DNA of 64,000 nucleotides from NCBI GenBank assembly GCA_965215185.1, contig OZ244034.1, forward strand, positions 416,001-480,000, written 5' to 3'. The notes beneath the pieces were generated by a model. The model saw only the letters and a list, made by a program, of their open reading frames with translations. It searched no databases and was not told the DNA's origin. Within the stretch, counting starts at the first letter, position 1. Each line of letters begins with the position of its first letter. Positions 43,523-53,375 of this stretch are shown here, piece by piece. The stretch comes from Acidimicrobiia bacterium (lineage in GTDB: Bacteria; Actinomycetota; Acidimicrobiia; Spongiisociales; ZC4RG35). Position numbers and translations under genes: made by a program.

Positions 43523-46500
43523 CTAGTTGGCTTCCTCCTCGTCGAGGATATCGCAGTATTGGTCGGCTTCGCCTGTGCTGTGGGAGATCTCACGGGACCA
43601 TTCCCCGGGCCCGTTGGCATTGAACGCTCGAACCCGAATCCTGTAGGTGGTTCTTGTGTCGAGGCTGGTAATGGTGGTCGAGGTTGCGGCGCTGCCGTGT
43701 GGTTGGATCTGCCAGTCGCTGTAGGTCGGCCCGCCGTCGACGAGGTCTAGGCGTCGGTACTGAACTTCGTAATAGTCAATCGGTGCGCCGCCCTCGAACT
43801 CGGGCGCCTGCCATATCACCGTCATGCCTGTGTCGGCGGAGCCGTGGCCATCGGCAGGGCACACTGCCCGCGTCCGTTCCGGTTGCCCGGGGGGCGCCGC
43901 CGCCGGCCCGCCGTCGTCATCGGCGATTGTCAGGGTGATCTGAGAGGGTGTACCGATCACACACCCGTTGCGCTCGCATCCGGTGATGGTCACTGTGAGC
44001 GTGCTGTCGGGATTGCCCACCGTGTTCTCGGAGATCTGCACGACAGTGTCCCAGACATCAAACCTGGGCAGGCTAAACACGACTCTCGAGATCTGCCCCG
44101 AGGTCGGCACCAGAGGCGAGTAGTGGCGCCACTGGAAGGACAACTCCACATCGGCCCCGCCCGGTGCGGGCCCGCCGTCTTCAGCCGACGCCAAGATCCT
44201 GAACCATGCCCGCTCGCCCTCCTCGAAGGTAGAGCCGTCAAGCACCGTTCCGCCTATGCTGGCCGTCGAGTTGTCGGGAATCACCGTCCCATCCGGCACG
44301 CGTACCAGGGTCACAACCACCCGTTCCATCTCCTTCTCAGCGATCGGGACCGGAACTGCGCTGACGCCGTTGGCACCGTAGTCACCCCCGGCGACGGTGT
44401 GGGTGATGGTGGCAGAGCCATTCACATTATTGTTATCGTTCCCAGCTGTCACGGTCACCGTCTGTGGGATGTCCCAGTTTTCCGGCTGGAAGGTCAGGGC
44501 TTCCGACACTGAGATGTCAGCGTTGGTGGCTTCCTGCACCCGGGGGGTCACGGTGACGTCATCGGTCGGTTCGCTGTTCAGCACCGCGGTGTAGGCTGCG
44601 GAACCGCCTTCGTCGATCTGCAACGTCCCGGTCGGTTTGACGGTGACCCCCCTGGTGTCGTCATCCACGATTACCACGGTCGACCTGCATTCGGATCGAA
44701 TGCAAGGGTCTGCTGAGGAGTCGGCGGGGATCAAGCTGACTGCGCTCGGTATGCCAGGAGACTGTTGCAACCGTACCTCGAACTTCTCATCCTCTTCATC
44801 CAGGTCGTCTCCGACAATCTGGAGGGGCACTTGAACAGACCACACATATGAGTCTCCGTCGGCGATCCAGGCTCCCGTTGAACCTCCCTCAATCTCGACT
44901 ATGCGGGACAGGGTCTCATAGTCGTCAGGCGAGATGGCAGTGCCCTTGGCCGTCACTACCGAGACGTAAAAGCCGGAGAATGGCGGGGAAACGTCAGCCT
45001 TAGTCTCTGCGATCAGGCTGACTCCGTCCAACTGGCCGGTGCTCTCGCTGACGGTGTAGGAAGAGGAGTTGAACCGCACGGTTACGAGACTGTTGCCAAC
45101 ATACACCTGCACCGAAGCAGATGACGGATCGCCGATGTCGTGGAATTCGCCGTCGCCTACGGTGGCCGTCACCTGGCCGGTCGCCGCGTCCGGATCCCGG
45201 GTGGAGGTGCTGACCGTCAGCGTGGCCGAAGTCTGGTTGGCCGCAATGGTGACAGTGTGGCTCAGACTGGTGGGATCCAGGATTCCCAGTGATATCTCCA
45301 CCGGAACCTCCAGGTCGTCGATGGTGGCGATTTCCCGGGTGACGGTGAACGCTAGGTTGTCGATTCCCTGGAGGGCAGTCGGGCGATCCGCCGTGATCGT
45401 AACCACGCCGGAATGCAGGGTGTCGCCGTCCTCCGCGTCCTTCTCAGCCACCAGGACCGAATAAGCGGTGACGCCGCCCGACCCGTAGTCACCCCCGTCC
45501 ACGGTGTGGGTGACGGTGGCAGAGCCATTCACATCATTGTCGTCGGCCCCGGCCGTCACGGTCACACTCTGCGGCGTGTTCCAGTTCCGGGGAGTAAAAG
45601 TCAAAGTCTCCGACACCGAGATGTCAGCGTTGGCGGCCTCCTGCACCTGGGGCGTCACGGAGACATCCCCAGTCGGCTCGCTGTCCAGGACCACTCTGTA
45701 GGCCGCAGTGCCGCCCTCGTCGATCTGTAGGGTGCCGGTCGCTTTGACGGTGACCCCCCTGGTGTCGTCGTCCACGATTACCACGGTTGACCTGCAATTG
45801 GATCGACTGCAAGGGTTTGCTGAGGAGTCAGCCGGGACCAACTTGACCGTCCAAGGCAGCTGGGGGATACGCTGCAAAACGAGACGGAACGTCTCGTCCT
45901 CTTCATCCAGTTCGTCCCTGATGGGCCAAACAGGCACTTGGACCGACGACACGTAGGAGTCTCCGTCAGCCCTCCATCGACCCCTGGACTCTCCCTGAAC
46001 CAAAATTGTCCGAGAGAAGCCCCGGTAGTCAACATCCCCCCTGGCGGTGCCCTGCTCTGTGATCACCGCCACGCTGAGACTCTTATATGGCGCGGGAACG
46101 CCAGGGCTGGTACGGGCGACCACTTGCACCTCGTCTGTCGACCAACCGACGCTCTCGCTAACAGGAAGTGACGACGCTTTGAAACGCAGTGTGACGAGCC
46201 CACTGCCGATGTAGACCTGCACAGAGGCGGATGACGGATCACCGATGTCATGGAATTCCCCGTCACCTACGGTGGCAGTCGCTTCCCCCGTCTTCGCCCC
46301 AAGGGCGCGAGTGGCGGTGCTGATGGTCAGCTTGGCCGAGGTCTGATTGGCCGCAATGGTGACAGTGTGGCTAAGAAGGTCGGGCGCCACGATTCCCGGT
46401 GACACCTCCACGGGCACCCGCAGTTGGTTGGTCGTGGCGACTTCCCGGGTGACGGTGAATACCAGATCGTCGATTGCCAGGAGGGCCGTGGAACGATCGG

Positions 46501-46717
46501 CGGTGATGGTCACTGCACCGGAGTGCCGGGCGTCGCCATCCTGCGCCCGAGCACTAGTCGGGACTCCAACAATGGCCACCGCGATGGCGATGATCGCCAT
46601 CTTGCGGGCGAGGGTGGCAGGACCTCGGGCCGACACTCCAGCCGCTGTCGCCTGGCGGCGGGTCCAACGCATACGTCCTATCCGACTTGATCGAAGGAAC
46701 AGTTTTGAAATGATCAT
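43523..46717 (-). CDS. Large secreted Calx-beta / Ig-like / fibronectin-III adhesin-like protein
   Basis: Signal ...SARA|Q; two ~370-aa repeats with DELDEEDETF and LTFTPRNWNTPQ; C-terminal FN3 (W.AP..GG.PI..Y...Y.IRVRA.N..G.G.WS). Start is 46717 or 46672. Confidence 0.85.
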   Translation of the reverse strand: MIISKLFLRSSRIGRMRWTRRQATAAGVSARGPATLARKMAIIAIAVAIVGVPTSARAQDGDARHSGAVTITADRSTALLAIDDLVFTVTREVATTNQLRVPVEVSPGIVAPDLLSHTVTIAANQTSAKLTISTATRALGAKTGEATATVGDGEFHDIGDPSSASVQVYIGSGLVTLRFKASSLPVSESVGWSTDEVQVVARTSPGVPAPYKSLSVAVITEQGTARGDVDYRGFSRTILVQGESRGRWRADGDSYVSSVQVPVWPIRDELDEEDETFRLVLQRIPQLPWTVKLVPADSSANPCSRSNCRSTVVIVDDDTRGVTVKATGTLQIDEGGTAAYRVVLDSEPTGDVSVTPQVQEAANADISVSETLTFTPRNWNTPQSVTVTAGADDNDVNGSATVTHTVDGGDYGSGGVTAYSVLVAEKDAEDGDTLHSGVVTITADRPTALQGIDNLAFTVTREIATIDDLEVPVEISLGILDPTSLSHTVTIAANQTSATLTVSTSTRDPDAATGQVTATVGDGEFHDIGDPSSASVQVYVGNSLVTVRFNSSSYTVSESTGQLDGVSLIAETKADVSPPFSGFYVSVVTAKGTAISPDDYETLSRIVEIEGGSTGAWIADGDSYVWSVQVPLQIVGDDLDEEDEKFEVRLQQSPGIPSAVSLIPADSSADPCIRSECRSTVVIVDDDTRGVTVKPTGTLQIDEGGSAAYTAVLNSEPTDDVTVTPRVQEATNADISVSEALTFQPENWDIPQTVTVTAGNDNNNVNGSATITHTVAGGDYGANGVSAVPVPIAEKEMERVVVTLVRVPDGTVIPDNSTASIGGTVLDGSTFEEGERAWFRILASAEDGGPAPGGADVELSFQWRHYSPLVPTSGQISRVVFSLPRFDVWDTVVQISENTVGNPDSTLTVTITGCERNGCVIGTPSQITLTIADDDGGPAAAPPGQPERTRAVCPADGHGSADTGMTVIWQAPEFEGGAPIDYYEVQYRRLDLVDGGPTYSDWQIQPHGSAATSTTITSLDTRTTYRIRVRAFNANGPGEWSREISHSTGEADQYCDILDEEEAN
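44330..46540 (-). repeat. Intragenic tandem duplication, period 1110 bp
   Basis: DGD..HSG.VTITADR at 46540 and 45430, with many identical nucleotide blocks. Confidence 0.9.
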
Positions 46718-46947
46718 TTCCGATGGTGCCTTTCCTCATCCAGATCGCGAACGACGATCTTGGGGTGAACCTGTTCGAGGCTGCGTGGCGGTCTTCGCCT
46801 CAATGCCTCTGTCATGGTGGATCTGTCGGCCAAGGCGGTCAGCTCTTGCAGCGGGCATGGCTGGAGGGGCTGTCTCTCGCTCTTGGCGCAGTGGCTGGAT
46901 CGCACGTGGAGTTCGCTATGAACTTTCCTCTTGTACGTGGACCTCAC
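46714..46947 (-). pseudogene. Degenerate paralog of the 37865-38098 antitoxin, with no toxin downstream
   Basis: MRSTYKRKVHSELH...LQELTALADRSTM...IVVRDLDEER is collinear with the intact copy, but core hydrophobic residues are replaced. Confidence 0.7.
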
Positions 46948-47126
46948 TGCTATCAATTATCAGAACGCTTAAAACTTATGTAGGGGTAGTTTTCCCGGGT
47001 GATTCGATCACTGCGATGGTGGGTGAGTTCAGATCTGCAGGGCGATCCTGGCTGCTGTGCGGCGGGTGCTTTTGGCTGGCTCAGAACTTGCGCTTCAAGG
47101 TCTGCTTGCTGAGGGTGTTCTTTCGG

Positions 47127-47565
47127 TCAGGTCTCACTTCTGGTTGGTTCCCATGGATTCAGGATGTCAAGTTGGGGGAACCGCTGGAAGTATTGGGTGT
47201 TACGAGTCACCATCACCATGTTGTGGGCTATGGCGGTGGCGGCGATGAGGGCATCGGTGGTGGGGGCGGGATCAGGTATGTGCAAGGCTGCAGCAATGCG
47301 AGCAACCCGGGCATCGACCGAGAGGGTTCTTTGGGCGAAAATGTCGCACACGTCGTTGTCGAGCCCACTTCGGAGGGTGGCGCCTGCCACCGGGTCTCGG
47401 CGCTCGGCAAGCAGTACTCCCATTTCGAGTTCCTGGAGGGTCATAACCGAGATATAGGTGAGATCGGTTTCCACTCCGCTCACCCAAGCCATGACTTGCG
47501 GGTTAGCCTTTTCGACTCTTATCTTTGTTGATTTCGGATACGACATTTGTGTCTAGAAGAAACAT
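47127..47565 (-). pseudogene. vapC: PIN-domain toxin (VapC/StbB-like) with +1 frameshift near codon 12
   Basis: ATG at 47565 gives MFLLDTNVVSEI and stops early; the rest (KANPQV...E..G...DALIAATA...VTRN) is in another frame. Confidence 0.85.
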
Positions 47566-47828
47566 CAGTCGAAGGACGCTGGGTGAGCTACATCTCTCAA
47601 TCTGGGAATCTCTAGTTCAATGTCCCCTATCCCTGGTGTTCTGCACAGTGTGTCTATGAGGGTCGGTTTGTCTTGCACGATTTCCATGTACTGGTCGTAA
47701 CTCAACAGGACATGCGATGGCCGGTTGCGGTCCGTGATATAGACCGGCCCCTTTTGTGCGGCTCTCTTGGCTGCGCCGGTCCCTTGGTTGAATTCCCGGC
47801 TACTCATGATTTGTGCCGGATTCCGCAT
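47565..47828 (-). CDS. Phd/YefM family antitoxin
   Basis: MSSREFNQGTGAAKRAAQKGPVYITDRNRPSHVLLS. Confidence 0.9.
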   Translation of the reverse strand: MRNPAQIMSSREFNQGTGAAKRAAQKGPVYITDRNRPSHVLLSYDQYMEIVQDKPTLIDTLCRTPGIGDIELEIPRLRDVAHPASFD

Positions 47829-47949
47829 CGGGTTTGCACTCCTATACCCCGCTTGTATGTATGTTGCTACATTGCACCCCCCTCTCCTGGGCGTGCAGAG
47901 TCAAATTAAGGACAATTTGTAGGCTGGATAAGCGGCTAGCGTGGTGGTG

Positions 47950-49095
47950 ATGCGGATCAATCCGGTGCTGAGGAAGATGGGAGCCTATCCGATCGCGGCT
48001 ATCCAGGATCGGGCCCGGGACATGAGAGATGCTGGGGAACGGCTCATCGACTTCTCTATCGGTGATCCCCGAGAGCCCACACCTGCGTTCATACCGGAGG
48101 CTTTGCGTGACGCTGTTCCCGAGATATCTCAGTACCCGACCACCCGCGGCCTGCGGGTTCTTCGAGAGGCGATTGCAAGATACGTGCTCCGTCGGTTCGG
48201 AAGGCAGGTGGACCCAGATACCCAGGTGCTGCCCACCACCGGTTCCAAAGAGGCGATCTTCTCCACTCCCTTCGCATTTGTGGATTCCCGTCGAGAAGAG
48301 GTGGTGATATGGCCCACGCCCGGGTATCCCATCTACGGTCGGGGCGCCCTGCTGGCGGGAGCGGTCGGGTATCCAGTTCGCTTGGAGGGTGATTTCCTGT
48401 TCCGGGCCTCTGATGTGCCTGATCAGGTTTGGGCCCGCGCTGCCTTGGTGTGGACCAACTCGCCGCACAATCCGGCCGGGTCGGTTACGAGTCGTTCGGA
48501 CATCGAAGCCTTCCACCGCAAATGCAGGGAATTCGATGTTCTGTTGTGTGCCGACGAGTGCTACGTGGATCTCTACGAAGGTGATCCGCCCTCCTCGGTG
48601 TTGGAGGTGGCTGATTCCAACTTGTCGGGGGTGGTCAGCTATCTGAGCCTTTCCAAGCGCTCGGGTATGACCGGCTATCGCTCGGCGGCCATGGTTGGAG
48701 ACGCTCAGGCGATCAAGGCGCTGGCTTCCCTGCGCACCTCCACCGGGACCGCACCCCCCGAGTTCACGCAGATGGCAGCGGTGGCCGCCTGGTCGGACGA
48801 CGCCCATGTGGTGGAGCGGCGGCGGATATTTGCAGAGAAGCGGGCAATCCTGCGGGAGGTCTTCGGTGGGATGGGATATCGGACGGTGGAGTCAACGGCC
48901 GGTTTGTACCTATGGGTGGAGGTGAGGGATGACATGGAGGCGACCACCCGCCTTTTGGAGGCAGGGGTGGTGGTCTCTCCGGGTAGGGCGTTCGGTGCTG
49001 GGGGAGAAGGTTATATAAGGTTGGCGCTGGTTCCCAGCCCCGAGGAATGTAAGCAAGCCGTGGAGGTGTTGGAAAAATGTCTGACCAAGATGTGA
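47950..49095 (+). CDS. dapC: Succinyldiaminopimelate transaminase
   Basis: GSKEAIF, NSPHNP, DECY, SLSKRS..TGYR; upstream of dapD-dapE. Confidence 0.9.
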   Translation: MRINPVLRKMGAYPIAAIQDRARDMRDAGERLIDFSIGDPREPTPAFIPEALRDAVPEISQYPTTRGLRVLREAIARYVLRRFGRQVDPDTQVLPTTGSKEAIFSTPFAFVDSRREEVVIWPTPGYPIYGRGALLAGAVGYPVRLEGDFLFRASDVPDQVWARAALVWTNSPHNPAGSVTSRSDIEAFHRKCREFDVLLCADECYVDLYEGDPPSSVLEVADSNLSGVVSYLSLSKRSGMTGYRSAAMVGDAQAIKALASLRTSTGTAPPEFTQMAAVAAWSDDAHVVERRRIFAEKRAILREVFGGMGYRTVESTAGLYLWVEVRDDMEATTRLLEAGVVVSPGRAFGAGGEGYIRLALVPSPEECKQAVEVLEKCLTKM

Positions 49096-49883
49096 TAAGA
49101 GCGGCGTTTGCTGGTGAGACGGAGTTGGCCGAGGCCCGGGATTCGGTGATAGCCACCATCGACCTTCTGGACCGGGGAGAGATCCGGGTGGCGGAGAAGA
49201 TCGCCGGTGAATGGGTGGTGAACGACTGGGTGAAAGAAGCCATCCTGCTCTACTTCCAGGTCACCGGAATGGAAGAGATGGACGGGGGAGCCCTGATGTG
49301 GCACGACAAGATCCCCACCAAGCGGAATCTGGTGGAGGCGCAGGTGAGAGTGGTGCCTCCCGGAGTGGTGCGGTACGGCGCATATTGCGAGCCGGGGGTG
49401 ATCGTGATGCCCGGTTACGTCAACATCGGCGCCTATGTCGGGGGTGGGAGCATGGTTGACACCTGGGCGACAGTGGGATCATGTGCACAGGTGGGCAGAG
49501 GCGTCCACCTCTCGGGTGGGGTTGGAATCGGAGGGGTCTTGGAGCCGCCCGGCGCCCGCCCGGTGATCATTGAGGATGGGGCGTTCATCGGTAGCCGGTG
49601 CATTGTGGTGGAGGGCGTGGTGGTCCAGGAAGGTGCGGTCCTGGGCGCCAACACCACCATCACCGCTTCCACCCGGATCATCGATGTGCGAGGGGCCGAA
49701 CCCGTCGAATACCGGGGAGTGGTGCCGGCCAACTCGGTGGTGATCCCCGGCGTGCGTACCCGGTCCTTTCCGGCGGGGGAATATGCGGTGCCCTGCGCCC
49801 TGATCATCGGGGAACGGACCGCCTCTACCAATCGGAAGACGTCGCTTAACGAAGCGATACGGATATTTGGGGTGCAGGTTTGA
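49077..49883 (+). CDS. dapD: Tetrahydrodipicolinate N-succinyltransferase
   Basis: WVKEAILLYF, RVVPP, VNIGAYV, MVDTWATVGSCAQ, GGVLEP. Confidence 0.96.
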   Translation: MSDQDVIRAAFAGETELAEARDSVIATIDLLDRGEIRVAEKIAGEWVVNDWVKEAILLYFQVTGMEEMDGGALMWHDKIPTKRNLVEAQVRVVPPGVVRYGAYCEPGVIVMPGYVNIGAYVGGGSMVDTWATVGSCAQVGRGVHLSGGVGIGGVLEPPGARPVIIEDGAFIGSRCIVVEGVVVQEGAVLGANTTITASTRIIDVRGAEPVEYRGVVPANSVVIPGVRTRSFPAGEYAVPCALIIGERTASTNRKTSLNEAIRIFGVQV

Positions 49884-50935
49884 ACAACCTTTCCGACACG
49901 CTGGCACAACTGATCAACATTTCATCGGTTACTGGCGACGAAGCCCGCATATGTGATCATGTCTCCAAGCACCTGGCCGCCAACGCTCCCCATCTTTCCC
50001 AGCAGCGGGTCAACAATTCGTTGGTGGTAGCCGCTCCCGGCGACGGACCGCTGGTGGTGCTGGCCGGCCATCTGGACACCGTTCCCGCCCAGGGCCAGCC
50101 GCCCGCCTATATCGAGGGCGAGAGGATGCACGGCCTGGGAGCTTCGGATATGAAAGGCGGGGTGGCGGTGATGCTCCATTTGATGGAGGAGGCCGAACCC
50201 ACCTGGCCCTATCGTCTGGCCGGGGTTTTCTATGAGGCGGAAGAGGGAAAGTTCGCCAACAACGGCCTGGAGCCGGTGCTAAACGAGTGCGAGTGGCTGT
50301 CGGAGGCCTCCTTCGGGGTCTTGCTGGAACCCTCAGATGGTGAGATTCAGGCGGGGTGCAATGGGGTGATCAACGCCAGGGTGTCGTTTCGGGGCAAGTC
50401 GTCTCATTCGGCGCGGCCGTGGTGGGGTGAGAACGCCATTTCCAAGGCCGGGGCTTGGCTGACGCAGATGCATGCCCGTGCTCCGGCGCCGGTAGAAGTG
50501 GGAGGGCTGGTGTTTCGGGAGGTGATGTCCGTAACTCTTGCCCAGGGCGGTTTGGCCGCCAACATCATCCCGCCGCTTTTCGAGGTGAACCTGAACTATC
50601 GCTTCGGTCCGCACCGCACCATCGCCGAGGCGGAACAGGAGGCACGAAAGGCGTGCCGGGCGGCCGACGAGGTAAAGATTGTGGACGCCGCTCCATCGGG
50701 GCGAGTGGTGACCGATCACCCTCTGGTGGAGGAACTGGCCACAGCCGGGGCGGTGGGGATCGGCTCCAAGCAAGGCTGGACAGATGTTGCCCGGCTCATC
50801 GCCCGGGGGATCCCTTCCATCAACTTCGGACCAGGCGAGACTTCGCAAGCGCACACTGCCACCGAAAGCATGCCGCTGGATCACCTGGGCCTGGTATATG
50901 AAAGTATGCGAAAGGTATTCTCCGGCTCTTCATGA
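49880..50935 (+). CDS. dapE: Succinyl-diaminopimelate desuccinylase
   Basis: AGHLDTV, DMKGG, EE, HSARPW, GWTDVA, AH; operon context. Confidence 0.92.
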   Translation: MNNLSDTLAQLINISSVTGDEARICDHVSKHLAANAPHLSQQRVNNSLVVAAPGDGPLVVLAGHLDTVPAQGQPPAYIEGERMHGLGASDMKGGVAVMLHLMEEAEPTWPYRLAGVFYEAEEGKFANNGLEPVLNECEWLSEASFGVLLEPSDGEIQAGCNGVINARVSFRGKSSHSARPWWGENAISKAGAWLTQMHARAPAPVEVGGLVFREVMSVTLAQGGLAANIIPPLFEVNLNYRFGPHRTIAEAEQEARKACRAADEVKIVDAAPSGRVVTDHPLVEELATAGAVGIGSKQGWTDVARLIARGIPSINFGPGETSQAHTATESMPLDHLGLVYESMRKVFSGSS

Positions 50936-51213
50936 GCCAGCGACCATCCTCAATAGACGCTTCGGAACTAGTCTCGCTTGATCTGATCACGGTAGGAAGG
51001 GTCAATTTTGATCTTTATTCACAGCAGATCGGGGCGTCCTTTGCGAAGGTAACCCGGTTCGATAGCATGGTGGGAGGAAGCCCCACCAACATCGCCATCG
51101 GCACGGCACGGTTGGGATTGCGATCGGCGGCTTTCACCGCGGTGGGGGAGAACCAGGTGGGGGACCTGATCCTGTACCAACTGGACGTTCCAACCGGCAT
51201 CCTCCGGTTTTAA
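50932..51213 (+). pseudogene. iolC: Truncated 5-dehydro-2-deoxygluconokinase (PfkB family)
   Basis: DLITVGRVNFDLY...GGSPTNIAIGTARLG; ends after 93 aa. Confidence 0.82.
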
Positions 51214-51288
51214 CCAGATCGAGTCGCTTCCATTTGTCAGGGAACCGGCCGGCCGGAATAGGGTCTGCGCCCTCACGGCCGAAAGCCT

Positions 51289-52242
51289 TTAACGAAGATC
51301 GGGATGGACAATCCGGGCAGCCCGGTCGATCCACCCCGCTACGTCGTTGTTGGCAGGGTAGATCAAACTACGCCCCGCCACCAACCCCCTAACTGTCGGC
51401 GCCTCCATGGCTTCCTCCCAGGAGGCGAGAAGTTCTTCGGCTCGATCACCCGGGTCTCCTCCCAAGAGCAGGACCGGCAGGGTGGAAGCCGCGAAAACCT
51501 TGAGGGGATCGGAACTCGGAGGGGGGAGCTTCAGCCAGGTGTGAGCGCTGGTGGGACCTAGCCCCGAGGCAATGGCGATCACCCCGATCAGAGCTTCCGG
51601 ACTGGTGTCGATCCTGAGCAGTCCGTTCTCATCACGGTAGGCGGGAAGCGGTTCCAGCATCACCGCCAAAGGAACTTTCTGGCTGGTGATGACGCGGATG
51701 GCCCGGGAGCAGTAGTTGATGGTCTTCAGGCTGTTCGGGTCTTGGAGGTCGATGCGGAGAAGGAGCTTCCCACCATCAAGATTCATCTTGAAAAGGCCGG
51801 CCGTGTGGTAGGCGGTGACGGGATCGTCCAACTCCCAGGCGGAGCGGGCCAAACCGCCCCGGTTCATGGAGCCGAACACGACCTTGTCATCCAGAAGGGA
51901 GGCGCCATCTGTGAGTGATCCCAGCAGTAGCAGATCCTCGATAATGTCGGGAGTCGCCAGCAGCCCGTCCACTCCCGGACGGGAGAGAGCGATGCTCAAC
52001 CGGGAGAGAAGGTCCTGACGATCAGCCATCCGCAACGGGTCCCCGCCCACGCCAATGGCTCCGCGGGCAGGGTGGTCGGCGGCCACCAGGAACAGACGTT
52101 TGCCACGGGGAAACCCTAGATTCAACTGATCGTAGGGGACGAGAAGAGACCGACGTCGACGCATCCGGGCGAGCTCCAGCACCCTTCCCGGCGCGTGGGC
52201 GCGGATGTCGATCAGACGCTTGTGCAGGGCTTCGGTAATCAT
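51289..52242 (-). CDS. Class I aldolase of actinobacterial iol clusters (Cgl0159-like)
   Basis: AADHPARG, GSMNRGGL, GGKLLLRI, MLEP, WLKLP, LLLGG, GRSL.YP. Confidence 0.82.
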   Translation of the reverse strand: MITEALHKRLIDIRAHAPGRVLELARMRRRRSLLVPYDQLNLGFPRGKRLFLVAADHPARGAIGVGGDPLRMADRQDLLSRLSIALSRPGVDGLLATPDIIEDLLLLGSLTDGASLLDDKVVFGSMNRGGLARSAWELDDPVTAYHTAGLFKMNLDGGKLLLRIDLQDPNSLKTINYCSRAIRVITSQKVPLAVMLEPLPAYRDENGLLRIDTSPEALIGVIAIASGLGPTSAHTWLKLPPPSSDPLKVFAASTLPVLLLGGDPGDRAEELLASWEEAMEAPTVRGLVAGRSLIYPANNDVAGWIDRAARIVHPDLR

Positions 52243-52268
52243 GGGTGGGGGGCGCCTTCTATAGAGTC

Positions 52269-52278
52269 GGTCATGACA
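52269..52278. promoter_or_regulatory. Possible IolR-type (GntR) operator GGTCATGACA
   Basis: Fits the recalled corynebacterial IolR consensus KGWCHTRACA, ~27 bp upstream of the aldolase start; single short site. Confidence 0.35.
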
Positions 52279-52472
52279 TGTCCCCCTCCCGGAGACTAAC
52301 TGGGACGAAGCCCGGTCCCGTCCGCCTCTCGGCGCTCGGGTGGCTGGGTGCGGCAATTACGGAGGTAGGTGGAACGGCCTCCCCTCTTTGGTGTTCGCCG
52401 AAGGTACTCCCTCCGACCTGCAGGATTTGGGTGTGGAGGCTTGAAGTTATGGGCACCGCGCTAAGAGCGACT

Positions 52473-53375
52473 TCATGAATGCTCTCCAATCATCCGCGCC
52501 GCCTCCAGTAGATAGCGGGTGCTGGCGGCGGCATCCTCGATCGGTCCTTGATGGAGGGCTGGCGCTCTGTTGAGGATCTTGTCCTGTTCCAGGACGTACC
52601 AACCTTGATAACCGGTCTTCTCGAGTGCGGTTATCACTCCCTTGATATCCACGTCGCCCGTACCCAGAGGGCGAAACATCTCCTGTTTGACCGCTTGGCG
52701 AAATGTCATTTCGCCCGCCCTTACCCGGGCGGCGGCTGCCTCGTCAACATCTTTGAGGTGTACATGGGCGACCCGCTCGGGGACCACGCGGGCTACCTCC
52801 AGCGGATCGATTCCCGCCAGAAACATGTGCCCGGTATCCAGGCAGAGCGAGACTTGGGTATCAGAAAGCACCCGTTCCAGATGATGGGGTTTTTCCACCG
52901 CCATTCCCCAGTGCTGATGGAGCGCCACTTCCAGTCCTTCCTCTCCCGCTTGCTCTACCAATTGCGTGAGGTTGCGATCAAAGGTGGCCCAGTGCGTGGG
53001 GGTGAGGTCGCCCGACAGGTCGTATCCGTTTTGGGGGAGAACCGGTCCCAGCACCATTACCTGCGATCCACAGGCAGCCAGCGTCTTGATGGCCCGCTCG
53101 GCATATGCCGACTGGGTTTCCTGGTAGGAAGGGAGATGAAGCAGGAGAGGAACAAACCCTCCCACCACCGAGAGTCCGGCTGCGGCCGCGTTCTCCTCGG
53201 CTTCCTGTGGGGTATCGCCCAGGAACCCGTCGGGTCCCAACTCGGTGGCCGACAGACCGATGGAGGCCATTTCTCCCAGCACCCGGTCGCTGGGTAGTAG
53301 ATATCCCCAGCCCGGTGATCCGTCCACACCCCAACTGATGGGCGCTCCGGCGATTCTGTCGCTCAGCGGAATCAT
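52473..53375 (-). CDS. iolE: Inosose dehydratase
   Basis: GAPISWG, ELGP, HQH, CLDTGH, HVHLKD, FRPLG.G, GWYVLEQD. Confidence 0.9.
   Translation of the reverse strand: MIPLSDRIAGAPISWGVDGSPGWGYLLPSDRVLGEMASIGLSATELGPDGFLGDTPQEAEENAAAAGLSVVGGFVPLLLHLPSYQETQSAYAERAIKTLAACGSQVMVLGPVLPQNGYDLSGDLTPTHWATFDRNLTQLVEQAGEEGLEVALHQHWGMAVEKPHHLERVLSDTQVSLCLDTGHMFLAGIDPLEVARVVPERVAHVHLKDVDEAAAARVRAGEMTFRQAVKQEMFRPLGTGDVDIKGVITALEKTGYQGWYVLEQDKILNRAPALHQGPIEDAAASTRYLLEAARMIGEHS

Noticed and set aside
46347-47531. 394-aa plus-strand ORF
   Set aside because: Antisense to the adhesin, antitoxin and PIN genes; no recognisable motifs.
52271-52489. 72-aa ORF or riboswitch between iolE and the aldolase
   Set aside because: No protein motif and no recognisable riboswitch consensus; only a weak hairpin.
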